Assembly (NCBI GenBank): GCA_044229975.1
Contig: JBGARZ010000012.1
Location: 286,525-350,524 of the forward strand
Origin: Polyangiales bacterium
GTDB lineage: Bacteria > Myxococcota_A > Polyangia > Polyangiales > Ga0077539
Direction of reading: 5' to 3'
Length of the DNA: 64,000 nucleotides
Below the pieces are notes generated by a model that saw only the letters and a program-made list of their open reading frames with translations, searched no databases and was not told the origin of the DNA. The translations under genes were made by a program, and so were the position numbers. Positions 45,107 through 55,309 of the stretch are shown here, piece by piece. The first letter of the stretch is position 1. Each line of letters begins with the position of its first letter.

Positions 45107-47374
45107 TCACTGCGGCGGCGCGATGACCCTCGTCGGCGCGCGAAACACCCGCCGGCCCGCCGCGGGTGAGGCCAGCGCGAGGCTCTGCCAGGCCAGGGCG
45201 CGCGCGATGGGACGCATCGACGCGAGGTCGTCCCCGCTCGGGTCGTCGACGCTGCGAAGAGACAATCCCCCGCCGAGCGCCAGCGACCGCGGGAGAGCGA
45301 GCAACCCCCCGAAGCGCAGCCCGAGGCCGCCGCGCGCGTCACCCTCCACCGTAAACGCCCGGTCGTGCAGGGCGTCCAGGTCGAGCACCGAGCGCCCCTC
45401 CATCTCCGACGGAACCTCCACCGCAAACGTCGCCAGCGCCGTCGCCGCCGCGTCGATCACGCCGAGCGGCGCGCCCAGCATTCCCCCAGCGGTGAACCCG
45501 GGGCCCCGCAGCAGCATCGCCGTGGTGTTGACCTCGCGCAGGGTCATCGGGCCCTCCCACACCGAGCGCTGCTCGCCCAGCGGGAGCCCGCGGTCGCCCA
45601 CCACCATCACCAGAACCTGGCCGTCCATGTGCGCGTCGGTGAGGCGTTCGAGGAGGAGGGCGAGGCCCTGGTCGACGCCGCGCAGGGAGGCGTCGTAGAG
45701 GAGGTTGAGGCGGGCGCGGTCTTCGGGGTGGTTGTCGAGGTTGACGTCGCCGCGGTGGCCGCGCTCGGCGAGGACCAGGGTCTGCGCGGGGGTCATGGTG
45801 CCCTCGTAGGTTCCGGCGTCGGCCGACGTGACGTGCTCGGCGGCGGCGATGGACTCGGTCGACGGGTCGAGCGGAAACGCTCCCGCGCGGCTCATCACCA
45901 GCGTGAAGGTCTGCGCCGAGTGTGTGTGCGTGAGCTCGTCGGCCACCGCCGCGAGGGTCGTGTCGGTGCGGCAGGTGCCGGGGTGGTCGGGACAGTTCCA
46001 GCGGGTGGCGCAGCCGCGGTCGGCGCCGCTGCCGAACCACACCGGGTCTTCGCTGAAGCAGCTCACGGCGACACCGCGCGCGGCGAGCTCGGAGGTGAGC
46101 GTCGGCGCCTCTTCGGCGAGCAGGTCGGTCTGCTCGACCACGTGATGAACGTCCACCGGCAATCCCGTCGTGGCGGTCATCAACGACGCCCACGGGCGCG
46201 GACCGGGGGACGTGACGAAGGCGCGGGTCCCCTCGCGGAGCATGCGCGCGAAGCCCCCGTGGGTGAGCCGCGGGGAGAGCCGCGGCCAGAGGCGATCGGG
46301 TCGCAGGCCGCGCACCACCACCATCACCACGTGCGTCGGTCGCGTCGGCGACGCGGTCGTGGCGCGCGCGAACTCCAGCCGCGGCGCGGCGACGGCGAGG
46401 CGGCTCTCGGTTCCTTCGACGGCCTGCACCGTGATGCGCGCGGGGCGACCGGCGAAGCGCGCGAGGTCGAGGGAGACCTCCGTCCAGGCGCGGTTGGGGG
46501 CGATCTCGAAGCGACGCTCCAGGGGTTCGTCGCCGTCGAGCTCGACGCGCACGCGGGCGATGAGCGGAGGCGGCGGGCGGCTCGATCCGCGCGGACACTC
46601 GGCGCCAAGCGCGGCGCGGAAGGTGGCGCCCGTCGGGAGCACGCGGGTGATGCCGAGGGCGGTCGGCGGGTGGAACGTCAGCGCGCGGCGCGGCGGCCCT
46701 TCGAGGGTGACGTCGCTGAGGAGCCCGGACACGACGGTGGGTGATGCGTCCGAGCGCGCGAGGTGCACCCAGTCGACCTCCAGGGCCGGGCGCGGAGCCA
46801 TCCCGGGCTTGAGGCGGGAGGTTCCGAAGCGCAGCTCGACCTCCGCGGGCGTGCGGGTGTAGCGATCGCGCGGGATCGGGACGCTCACCACCCCGACGGC
46901 GTTGTTGGCCGGGAGCGCGGCGGTGCGGACGAGCAGCCCGTCGACGATGACCGCGACGGCGCGGCTGCTGGCCCGGCGCACCCGCAGGCGGATGAACGAC
47001 GGCGCGTCGAGGGGGTCGTCGTCACCGCCGCCGTGGCCCTGGTCGATGGGGACGCGGAGCGAGAGGCGCGTGCCGATCTCGGCCCAGGAGTCTCCCTGGA
47101 GGGTCTCGTTGCGCAGCGGAGCGGCGCCATAGACGAAGGCGGAAGCCTGGGGTTCGCCGAGGTCGACGACGGGCCCGTCGGTGTCGATGGACGAGCGGGT
47201 GAAGGCGTCGAGGAGGTCGAGCACCACGGGACCGGTCGGCGTCGGGGCGTCCGAGCGGGCGCGGGCCGGGCGGGTGTCGACCGGGGGGCGCTCGCTGCGA
47301 TGACAGGCGCCGAGCGCGAGGAGCAGGAGGCAAGGGGCGAGGTTCGTCGCCCGATTCCGCGGCCTGAAGGCCAC
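45107..47374 (-). CDS. Sulfatase/alkaline-phosphatase-fold lipoprotein, probably catalytically degenerate
   Basis: LALGAC lipobox; VVMVVVRGLRPD, LYDASLRGVDQGL, VGDRG, MEGRS. Start is GTG 47374 or ATG 47422, both inside a repeat. Confidence 0.75.
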   Translation of the reverse strand: MAFRPRNRATNLAPCLLLLALGACHRSERPPVDTRPARARSDAPTPTGPVVLDLLDAFTRSSIDTDGPVVDLGEPQASAFVYGAAPLRNETLQGDSWAEIGTRLSLRVPIDQGHGGGDDDPLDAPSFIRLRVRRASSRAVAVIVDGLLVRTAALPANNAVGVVSVPIPRDRYTRTPAEVELRFGTSRLKPGMAPRPALEVDWVHLARSDASPTVVSGLLSDVTLEGPPRRALTFHPPTALGITRVLPTGATFRAALGAECPRGSSRPPPPLIARVRVELDGDEPLERRFEIAPNRAWTEVSLDLARFAGRPARITVQAVEGTESRLAVAAPRLEFARATTASPTRPTHVVMVVVRGLRPDRLWPRLSPRLTHGGFARMLREGTRAFVTSPGPRPWASLMTATTGLPVDVHHVVEQTDLLAEEAPTLTSELAARGVAVSCFSEDPVWFGSGADRGCATRWNCPDHPGTCRTDTTLAAVADELTHTHSAQTFTLVMSRAGAFPLDPSTESIAAAEHVTSADAGTYEGTMTPAQTLVLAERGHRGDVNLDNHPEDRARLNLLYDASLRGVDQGLALLLERLTDAHMDGQVLVMVVGDRGLPLGEQRSVWEGPMTLREVNTTAMLLRGPGFTAGGMLGAPLGVIDAAATALATFAVEVPSEMEGRSVLDLDALHDRAFTVEGDARGGLGLRFGGLLALPRSLALGGGLSLRSVDDPSGDDLASMRPIARALAWQSLALASPAAGRRVFRAPTRVIAPPQ

Positions 47375-47526
47375 GGCACTCCTCGGGAAGGCCCTGCGGG
47401 CCTTCAACTCACGAGGGTCCATCGAACCACCGGGGCGCTGCGTTCGGGACGTCGATCGACTCCACTGGAAGAGCAGGCCCGTAGGGCCTGCCCGAGAAGT
47501 GCCGTGGCCTTCAGGCCGCGGAATCG
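47352..47526. repeat. REP-like inverted pair with IS200/IS605-end-like hairpins
   Basis: 47352-47403 is the reverse complement of 47475-47526 (52 bp, 3 mismatches). Arm hairpins CCGTGGCC-TTCA-GGCCGCGG and AGGCCC-GTA-GGGCCT. Confidence 0.88.
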
Positions 47527-47564
47527 AGCGGAGCAACGGCCATGGAAAGGGTAGTGGCGAAGGG

Positions 47565-50500
47565 TCAACGTTCGGAGGGCGGTTCGAGCACGGCGGCCAT
47601 GCCGCGACGGACCACCACGAACTGGTTGCTCGTCACGACGCCGGCGCGAAACTGCACCGAGTAGAAGCCCTCGCGCAACACCCGCTGGAGCGGCGCCGTG
47701 CCCACCGCGCGGCGGCTGATGGACACCTCGACGGGCGTCCCCGGGCGGCGCGGCAGCGGAATCACCAGCACGCCAGAGTTGGCCGAGAGGGTGCCGCCGT
47801 CGAGGTAGAGCGCGGCCTCGCGGTAGGGTCCGTTGACGGTGACCGACGGGGCCGGGCCCTCGGGCACCGCGCTCGTCGGGAGGATCTCCGCCTCCGCCGA
47901 CGGCGCAGGAGCCTGCGGGGTCGCGGGCTCTGGCGTCGCCGCTCCGCCCGCATCGCGCGCGGTGGGTGCGGGTGCCTCCAACGCAGGCGTCGGCGCGTCC
48001 TCCGACAAGAACCAGCGCACGGCGCCGTAGCTCAGCGCGAGGGCCGCGGCGACGCCCGCCATGAGCAGGAGCGGACGCGTCCACGAGGGGTCGTCCGGGA
48101 CCACGCTCGACGACTGCGACGTCGTCGCGGAGGCCTTCGCCTTCGCAGGCAGGACGTAGGCCGTCGCGTTGGTGGAGGTCTTGATGTCGGGCAGCTCCAG
48201 CGGCTCGAAGTCCGGCGCCTCGGTGGGCTTCGCCTCGACCTTCGCCTCGGCCTCGACGACCTTCTCTGCCTCTTCGACCTTCTTCTCCTCGGGCTTCTCC
48301 TCGGGCGCGCGCGACGTGCGGTGAACCACCAGCGCGATGGGCGGATCGGGCTCTTCGTCCGATGGATCGACGGTCGCCAGCGCGTCGCTCGGAGGGGATA
48401 CCTCGACGGGCGCGATCGCCTCGATGGGCGCCGGGCGGTCTTCCTCCGCGATGGGGCGAACGGTCTCCCTCGCGTGCTGATCGTCCGTCGCCGCGATGAG
48501 CTCGGGGCCGTCGTCGGAGGCCACCACCATGAGCGACGACGAGGAGAGCTCTTCGACCTCCTCGACGGGCGCGGCGGGCGCTGGCGCGATGGGCTCCAGG
48601 TCCCAGTGTTCGTCGGCCGACGGCTGGATCTCGGTGCCGGGCGCCGGGGTCGTCGCGCGGGTGGTCCGCACGGGCTCCTCCACCGAGTCGCGCAGCTCGC
48701 GCCATACCGCGTCGGCGAGCGAGTCCACCGGCACGGCGCGCGGCGGTCCGAGCGGCCGCGTCACCTTGGCGAGCACGTCGTCGAGGTCGGCGCGCGCGGG
48801 CTTCTTCTCGGCGTCGATGCCGAAGGTCTCCCAGGTGGTGGCTCCCTCCTTGGCGGCCTCGGTCTCGGCGCGCTCGCGACGGGTCGCCGCGAGGTCTTCG
48901 CGGTTGCGACCCACCACCCGCTGGATGGCACCGCGGCGCGACAGCTCGATGAGCAGCGGTTCGAGGTCCTGCGGGGCGAGGCCGTCGCGCAGCACCATGT
49001 CGCGGGGCGCGTCGCCCTGGACGAGCTGCTCCACCGCCGCGCGCAGCGGCGTCGGCAATGAGCGCGCGTAGTCCAGCGCCGCGTCGGCGTCGAACTCCAC
49101 CCGCACCACCTCCAGCAGCGCCGCGCCCGACACGGCCTCCTCCAGCGCCGTGACGCTGCGGGCGCTGCGGTCGAGCACCTCCGCGAGCGGACCGTGGAGG
49201 TTTTCGCGCACCGGCGTCGACGAGCGGCGCACCCCGAAGCGCGCGGCGTTGAGGCCGAGCGCGCGGGCCAGCGCCTGCACGCCGCGGGAGAGCGATCCGT
49301 CCTGCACGGTGCGCACGGCCGACACCAGCGCTCCGGCCCGAATCTCCAGCTCCGTCACGCTGCCGGAGTCGGCCAGCGACACGGTGGCGTCGCCCAACGC
49401 CTTCGCCGTCGCCTCGATGAGCGCGAAGGACCCCACCCGCTCCAACCGACCGCGCACCTCCGCGCCCGGCGGTAGGTCCGCGATGCGCTTGAGCGTCCGC
49501 ATCCGCGAGCGCAGCGTCGAGCGCACCCGCGCCAGCACGGCGCCGCCGTCGGCTTCCTTGCGGAGGTAGCCCGACGCCTGCGCGCCGAGCTCGCGCATGC
49601 GGATGAGCAGGTCGTCGCGCCAGGAGAGCAGCACCACGGGCGTGTGGCGCAGGGCCACGTCGCGGCGGATCGCACGACACAGCGCGAAGCCGTCGACGCC
49701 CGGCATGAGGATGTCGGCTAGCACCACGTCGGGGCGCTCACGACGCGCGGCTTCGAGGGCCTCGGCGCCGTCGGTGTGCGCGCTGACGATCATCCCCGCG
49801 CCGCGCAGGAGGTCACCGAACTGCGCGACGACGGCGGGGTCGTCGTCGACCACGAGCGCGCGGCGGCCGGGCAGCGGGTCGTCGGCGCCGTCGTCGGGTC
49901 CGGTGCCGTCGGCGGTGGTTCCGGGTGCGAAGACCTCGGCGCCGGGCAGGCCGCGCGGGGAGATGGGGAGCTCGAAGCGGACGGTTCCGCCGGAGCGCTT
50001 CTCGACGACCGAGCGGATGCGGGCGATGGCCTCCCAGGTGACGGCGAGCACCTCGTCGCCCGCGCCGAGGGAGACGCGCTCCTTGCGGCTCATCGGGAGC
50101 GCGGCGCCGACGAGTCCGCGGCGGATCTCCTCCTGGAGCGCGCGGATGAGCTCATCGAGGGTGAGCTCGCCGAGCTCGTGGGCGCTGGCGGGCGGCAGCG
50201 ACGGAGAGCCACGGAGCGCGCGGTGGATGCGCGAGCGGAGGGCGGCCGTGTCGGCGTCGGATTCGAGGATGTCGAAGGCTTCGGGGCAGCGCTCGCGGAC
50301 GGTGGCGGCGGGCTCGCCGTCACAGGCGATGACCACCACGGGGATGAAGCGAACGAGCGAGTCGGCGGCGACGGAGGCGGCGAGGGCGACGCCGTCGTAG
50401 GGCGAGTCGTCCTCGGCGATGATGACGTCGGGCGCGGTGTCGCGGGCGCGGTTGAGGGCCTCGTCGGCGGTGTGGGCGAGCACGACGTCGGCTTCATTGC

Positions 50501-51074
50501 CGAGGGCGTCGAGCAGGGCGCTCGCGCGGATGGACGAGCCGACGAAGAGCACCTGCGTGGCGTGCGCGAGGGGGGTGCGCGCCGGGAGGATGGACGCGGT
50601 GCGGCGGCCCGAGACGGCGCGCGCGAGGTCTTGCAGGCCGGGGGCAAACTCGTCGCCGAAGCCGGCGGCGCCGGGGATGAGGGTGCGGGTGACGGGGTGA
50701 TCGGAGCGCGACGACGGGGGGACGGCCATGGCGCGGGCGCCGGGGGCGTCGGGGTCGCGGGTGTCGAACTCCACGCGGTTGGGGAGCGAGGCGACGAGGG
50801 AGGTGAGGCGATCGAGCTGCGGGCGCGTGAGGGAGGCGGAGGTCTTGGCCTCGTCGAGGGCCTCGTCGGTGGCCTGGAGGGCGTCGGCGAAGGAGCCGAG
50901 GCGGTGCTCGCGGGCGACGGTGAGCACGGCCTGGATGCGGCGGCGCAGCTCGGCGCGCATGCGGAGCTGGCGCGGGTCGGCCAGGACGGCGCCGAGGGTG
51001 GCCTTGATCTCGACGATCTTCCGGGGCAGGTGCCGGACGAACGCGCTGCGTGGATCTTCGTCAGGAGTCTGCAC
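47565..51074 (-). CDS. Large membrane-anchored response regulator (Hpt-like, pseudo-REC, REC, DUF4388-like, acidic linker, TM, PEGA-like)
   Basis: Intact REC LVVDDD..VLADILMPGVDG; degenerate REC PDVIIAE; VRGRLERVG; TM LLLMAGVAAALALSYGAV. Confidence 0.82.
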   Translation of the reverse strand: MQTPDEDPRSAFVRHLPRKIVEIKATLGAVLADPRQLRMRAELRRRIQAVLTVAREHRLGSFADALQATDEALDEAKTSASLTRPQLDRLTSLVASLPNRVEFDTRDPDAPGARAMAVPPSSRSDHPVTRTLIPGAAGFGDEFAPGLQDLARAVSGRRTASILPARTPLAHATQVLFVGSSIRASALLDALGNEADVVLAHTADEALNRARDTAPDVIIAEDDSPYDGVALAASVAADSLVRFIPVVVIACDGEPAATVRERCPEAFDILESDADTAALRSRIHRALRGSPSLPPASAHELGELTLDELIRALQEEIRRGLVGAALPMSRKERVSLGAGDEVLAVTWEAIARIRSVVEKRSGGTVRFELPISPRGLPGAEVFAPGTTADGTGPDDGADDPLPGRRALVVDDDPAVVAQFGDLLRGAGMIVSAHTDGAEALEAARRERPDVVLADILMPGVDGFALCRAIRRDVALRHTPVVLLSWRDDLLIRMRELGAQASGYLRKEADGGAVLARVRSTLRSRMRTLKRIADLPPGAEVRGRLERVGSFALIEATAKALGDATVSLADSGSVTELEIRAGALVSAVRTVQDGSLSRGVQALARALGLNAARFGVRRSSTPVRENLHGPLAEVLDRSARSVTALEEAVSGAALLEVVRVEFDADAALDYARSLPTPLRAAVEQLVQGDAPRDMVLRDGLAPQDLEPLLIELSRRGAIQRVVGRNREDLAATRRERAETEAAKEGATTWETFGIDAEKKPARADLDDVLAKVTRPLGPPRAVPVDSLADAVWRELRDSVEEPVRTTRATTPAPGTEIQPSADEHWDLEPIAPAPAAPVEEVEELSSSSLMVVASDDGPELIAATDDQHARETVRPIAEEDRPAPIEAIAPVEVSPPSDALATVDPSDEEPDPPIALVVHRTSRAPEEKPEEKKVEEAEKVVEAEAKVEAKPTEAPDFEPLELPDIKTSTNATAYVLPAKAKASATTSQSSSVVPDDPSWTRPLLLMAGVAAALALSYGAVRWFLSEDAPTPALEAPAPTARDAGGAATPEPATPQAPAPSAEAEILPTSAVPEGPAPSVTVNGPYREAALYLDGGTLSANSGVLVIPLPRRPGTPVEVSISRRAVGTAPLQRVLREGFYSVQFRAGVVTSNQFVVVRRGMAAVLEPPSER

Positions 51075-51151
51075 GGGTGCCGTTGAGGTGCAGCCTTAAC
51101 CGAACGCCGCGGGCAGGGCCAAGTTCCGGGCGGACGTGCTAAGGGCGGCGC

Positions 51152-52198
51152 GTGAAGTTCATCGACGAGGCAGAGATCGACGTGGCGGCGGGCGACGGTG
51201 GCGCCGGGGCGGTGTCCTTCCGGCGGGAGGCGCACGTTCCGTTTGGGGGGCCCAACGGCGGCGACGGCGCACGCGGCGGGAGCGTGGTGGTGGTCGCCGA
51301 CGAGCAGGTCGGGACGCTGCTGGAGTTTCGCTTCCGCCCGCGGTGGCAGGCGGAGAAGGGCGAGCCCGGCGGTCGCACCGACTGCAACGGCAAGAGCGGC
51401 GAAGACCTGGTGATGAAGGTCCCGGTGGGGACGCTCATCGTCGATCTGGAGACCAACGAGGTGCTCGCCGACCTCCACACCAAAGGCCAGACCGTGGTGG
51501 TCGCCAAGGGCGGCCGCGGCGGCCTCGGCAACATGAACTTCGCCACGCCATGGGACCAGGCGCCCCGCAAGGCCCAACCGGGTGAGCCGGGTGATCGGCG
51601 CAAGCTGCGGCTGGAGCTGAAGCTCCTCGCGGACATCGGCATCCTCGGGTTTCCCAACGCGGGCAAGAGCACCTTCATCGCGGCGGTGTCGCGGGCCAAG
51701 CCGAAGATCGCCGACTACCCCTTCACGACGCTGGTGCCGAACCTCGGGGTGGTGCGGGTCGACGACGACCGGAGCTTCCTCATGGCGGACATCCCGGGTC
51801 TCATCCCGGGCGCGGCCTCGGGCGCGGGGCTCGGGGTGCGCTTCCTGAAGCACGTCGAGCGCACGCGGGTGCTCTTGCACCTCATCACGGTGCAGGACGA
51901 GGACATCGACCTCCTGGCCCGCTACGACGCGCTGATGAAGGAGGTCACGCTCTTCGGCGAGGAGCTCGCACAGCGGCCGCAGATCGTGGCCGTGAGCCAG
52001 ATCGACCTGCCCGACGCGCGGGCCGCCTGGGAGCTGTACAAGCCGATGTTCGCCGAGCGGGGCATCGAGCTGCGGGCCGTGAGCGCGGTGAGCGGCGAAG
52101 GGGTGCGCGAGCTGGTGTTCGCATTGGACGCGGCGCTGAAGGCAGCGCCCCCGGTGGAGCCGGTGGCCTCGACGCTGACCGTCACCGACGGGGAGTGA
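51152..52198 (+). CDS. obgE: GTPase ObgE/CgtA
   Basis: FIDEA..GDGG..FRRE..GGPNGGDG, GFPNAGKST, YPFTTL.PNLG, DIPG, FLKHVER. Confidence 0.98.
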   Translation: MKFIDEAEIDVAAGDGGAGAVSFRREAHVPFGGPNGGDGARGGSVVVVADEQVGTLLEFRFRPRWQAEKGEPGGRTDCNGKSGEDLVMKVPVGTLIVDLETNEVLADLHTKGQTVVVAKGGRGGLGNMNFATPWDQAPRKAQPGEPGDRRKLRLELKLLADIGILGFPNAGKSTFIAAVSRAKPKIADYPFTTLVPNLGVVRVDDDRSFLMADIPGLIPGAASGAGLGVRFLKHVERTRVLLHLITVQDEDIDLLARYDALMKEVTLFGEELAQRPQIVAVSQIDLPDARAAWELYKPMFAERGIELRAVSAVSGEGVRELVFALDAALKAAPPVEPVASTLTVTDGE

Positions 52199-52251
52199 GG
52201 GGCGGAGGGGCCGGTGGCCGTGGGTTGAAAACCTGATCCTTCCCGGAATCA

Positions 52252-52794
52252 TTGGGAGTCGTGGGGCCAAGTGGAATCACCCCGTTGGGGAGCGCCGGCT
52301 CCGCGTTCGCGGTCGCCACGCTGCCGCTACCCTTCGCGGCGACCTGGGCGGCGTGGCCGCACCTCCCGCGCTTCGAAGCGGCGGGCGACGTGGCCCTCGG
52401 CCTTCGGTTGCTCGTCGGCGCGCTGACGTTGCTCGCCTTCGTGGTGGCGTGGGCGATGGCGCTGCTGCCGCTCCGTCGTCGCACCGAGTTGCCGCCGCTC
52501 TCGCAGGGTCTGTCGGACGTCTCGGTGCGATCGATCGGCGCGGCCTACGAGAAGGCCCGCTTCGAGCAGCACGTCGACGCCACATCCGCATCACCCGCGG
52601 CGCGGCGGCGCTACCACCTGCGCATGGCCGCGGCCGGAGCGCTCGTCGCGGTCGTCACGGGTGGACTCTCCGCGGCGATGTTGAGCGAGCCGTCGGGGGT
52701 CGTGTTGTTGTGGTTCCCGGTGGCGGCGGCGGTGAGCGTGGCGCTCGCGGTGTACCACCTCGTTCGGGCGCTACTCGCGCCGGCGGATGATTGA
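52252..52794 (+). CDS. Hypothetical membrane protein
   Basis: Three to four hydrophobic helices; stop overlaps the next ATG; start uncertain. Confidence 0.6.
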   Translation: MGVVGPSGITPLGSAGSAFAVATLPLPFAATWAAWPHLPRFEAAGDVALGLRLLVGALTLLAFVVAWAMALLPLRRRTELPPLSQGLSDVSVRSIGAAYEKARFEQHVDATSASPAARRRYHLRMAAAGALVAVVTGGLSAAMLSEPSGVVLLWFPVAAAVSVALAVYHLVRALLAPADD

Positions 52795-54632
52795 TGGAGC
52801 CCACGACCTTCACCCTCGCGCTCGACGCAGTCGACCCCGCCGTCAGCGTCGCGCCATCGCAGCTCCGCCGCGCGCGCAACCGCGTCTGGCGGATCATCAC
52901 CGCCCGCTTCTGGAAGCACCTGAGCCTGCACGAGCGCGTCTCGCTCGGGGCCTTCACGGTCGACGGCGACGCCACGCACATCACGGCGCGCTGGGACGCG
53001 CCCCCCAGCGGACCCGCCCGGCTCGCCCACCTCGCCGAGCTCGCCGCGGCGATGGAGGAGGTCGCCGTCACGAAGGTGTTGGCGCCGCTCGGTCTGCGTC
53101 CTCGCTCGCTGCGGGTCGGGCTCGACGCGCTGGACCCCGTCGCGACGGCGTGCGGCCTATGCCGAGCCGCGCGGTCCGAGCCGATGCGTTGGCTGGCCCT
53201 CCCCCCGGAGTCGCTCGACGCGCTGCGCTCGCTCACCGTGAGCGCCCTGCGCGCCGCGCCCGACGACACGATCGGGACCCTGACGGCGCTGCTCGCCTCG
53301 CCCGATCGGGGGACGGCCGTCGCCGCCGCGGACGCGCTCACGCGGCTGCTCCGACCGGCCCGCGCGGCGGAGCGTTCGGCGCTGGTCACCCTGGTGGTGG
53401 CGGCGTGGCGACACCCGGACGAGCACGTCGCGCGGGCGGCGCTGCGGTGCGCGCAGGCCCTCGGGACGAAGGCGCCGGCTGGGGCGCTCGACGCGTGGGT
53501 CGACGCGGTCCGACGCTTCCGTGACGACGACGACGCGCTCGCCGTGCTGGCGCCGCTCGCGCGGGCGGCCGTGCGCTCGAACGCGCTCGCCGCGGCGCTG
53601 TCGGCATGGCTGCGGTCGTCCCACGGCGCGCGTCGCTTCGGGTGCGCGCGGCTGAGCGAGATCCTCTACGCGGCTCCCGCGAAGTGGTCGCCCGGACACG
53701 CGGCGGCCTTCGCGGCGCTGGTCGCGGCCGCCGAGGAGGAGGTCTCGGTCGAGTACGTCCCGCTGCTGCTGCGGTACATGGACCGTCTGACCGCGGCCGC
53801 GACCGCGGCGCTGCTCGCGTGGCTCGACGCGGCCGACGCCGAGCTCGTGGAGGTGGCGCGCGACCTCTTCGCGCAGCAACCGTCGCACCCGGCGCTCGAC
53901 GCCGCGTGCCTGCGCCTGCTGCGGCAACCGTCGCCCGAGGCATGGGCGCACGGCTTCGCGATACGAAACTGGGCGGCGCTCGACGACGCGCGGTACTCGG
54001 CCGCGGTCGACCTGTTGCTGACCGCGGCGGCACAGGCGGACGGGACCCCGGTCGACGAGGCGTTGCGCTTGTGCCTCGATCAGATGCTCTGCCACAACCT
54101 GGGCTGCGCGTGGTCGGCCACCCCGCGGCTCGCCGCCGTGATGCTCGCGCCCGGCACGAGCGACGCGCGCCTCGACGCGACCGCCGAGCACCTCCTGGGC
54201 TGGTGGGCGAACGGGCTGCGCGACGAGAAGCTCCGCGTGGTGGAGGCGTTCGTGAACAACGGCCACACGGCGGTGCTGTCGCGGGCGTTTCGCACCTTCG
54301 CGAAGCGAAATCCGCGCGGCGAGGGCGCGGCGCGTGTCGCGCGGCTCGGGCTCGGGTTGAGCTGGTCGATGCAGCGCGCGGGTGCGTGGGCGGAGGGCGG
54401 CGAGGTGGCGGGCGTCGCGGCGGCCATCGCGCCCGACGCGTCGCGGCCGAACCTGCTCTACAACCAGGCCTGCGGGTTCGCGATGACCTGCGACGCGGAG
54501 GGCACCGCGCGCGTGCTCGGGGAGGCCATCGCGCTCGACCCGAAGCAGGCCGACGACGCCCGCGCCGACGCGGACTTCGCCCCCGTACGGAGCCACCCCG
54601 CGCTGGTGGCGCTGCTCGGCCCGGCGGACTGA
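52794..54632 (+). CDS. Helical-repeat (HEAT-like) protein with a C-terminal TPR-like cap
   Basis: Ala/Leu-rich helical repeats; C-terminal LLYNQACGFA..AIALDP..ARADADF..VRSHP. Confidence 0.72.
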   Translation: MEPTTFTLALDAVDPAVSVAPSQLRRARNRVWRIITARFWKHLSLHERVSLGAFTVDGDATHITARWDAPPSGPARLAHLAELAAAMEEVAVTKVLAPLGLRPRSLRVGLDALDPVATACGLCRAARSEPMRWLALPPESLDALRSLTVSALRAAPDDTIGTLTALLASPDRGTAVAAADALTRLLRPARAAERSALVTLVVAAWRHPDEHVARAALRCAQALGTKAPAGALDAWVDAVRRFRDDDDALAVLAPLARAAVRSNALAAALSAWLRSSHGARRFGCARLSEILYAAPAKWSPGHAAAFAALVAAAEEEVSVEYVPLLLRYMDRLTAAATAALLAWLDAADAELVEVARDLFAQQPSHPALDAACLRLLRQPSPEAWAHGFAIRNWAALDDARYSAAVDLLLTAAAQADGTPVDEALRLCLDQMLCHNLGCAWSATPRLAAVMLAPGTSDARLDATAEHLLGWWANGLRDEKLRVVEAFVNNGHTAVLSRAFRTFAKRNPRGEGAARVARLGLGLSWSMQRAGAWAEGGEVAGVAAAIAPDASRPNLLYNQACGFAMTCDAEGTARVLGEAIALDPKQADDARADADFAPVRSHPALVALLGPAD

Positions 54633-54747
54633 CCGCGCTCCCCCATTGCCTTCTGATCGCAACGCCCGCGCTCTTGTGTTCAGCGCGGTTTCAGCTCGGC
54701 GAGCGCGACAACCACCTGCCCCTCGACTGATCGGCTACCGTCGCGAC

Positions 54748-55284
54748 ATGCGCTCCCTCGCCGACCGGCTCGCGCTCGCCCGAGGCATCCAGGCTCTGTG
54801 GTACCCGCAGCGCACCGGCGCGTGGTTGAAGGCAGTGCCTGTCACGGGGCTGCTCGCGGAGCATTCGTTCGCGACGCCGCGCGATGTCCTGCAAGCGTTC
54901 CTCGACGACGGCCTCTACTACTACACGCCCGAGGACTCGGCCTACGGCAGCTTCACCACCTGCGCGTGGCGGCCGGTCACCCGCGCCGAGCTGGAGCGCT
55001 GCGTTGATGCGGTGCTCGGCGAGGCCGCCGCGGGCATCGCCAGGGTCCACGCCGAGGAGGCTGCCGAGCGGGCCCAGGCCGAGGCGGAAGGTTGGCACCG
55101 CACACCCCAGCAACCATTCGAGGGCGACATGATCGACCTCGACGCCCTGCGCCGATGGTTCACCGACGAGTTGTGGGGCGAGGTTGAGCCGACGTGGTTC
55201 ACCAACATCGGACCCGACTACCGGGGCGAGCCCGCGGTGATCGGCGTCGACCACGACGTGCTCGCGCTCCTGTGGCGACCGTGA
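54748..55284 (+). CDS. Hypothetical protein
   Basis: Globular-looking ORF with typical codon bias; start chosen at ATG 54748. Confidence 0.65.
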   Translation: MRSLADRLALARGIQALWYPQRTGAWLKAVPVTGLLAEHSFATPRDVLQAFLDDGLYYYTPEDSAYGSFTTCAWRPVTRAELERCVDAVLGEAAAGIARVHAEEAAERAQAEAEGWHRTPQQPFEGDMIDLDALRRWFTDELWGEVEPTWFTNIGPDYRGEPAVIGVDHDVLALLWRP

Positions 55285-55309
55285 CCTTCGCTCGCGACGA
55301 CTCCTTCCG

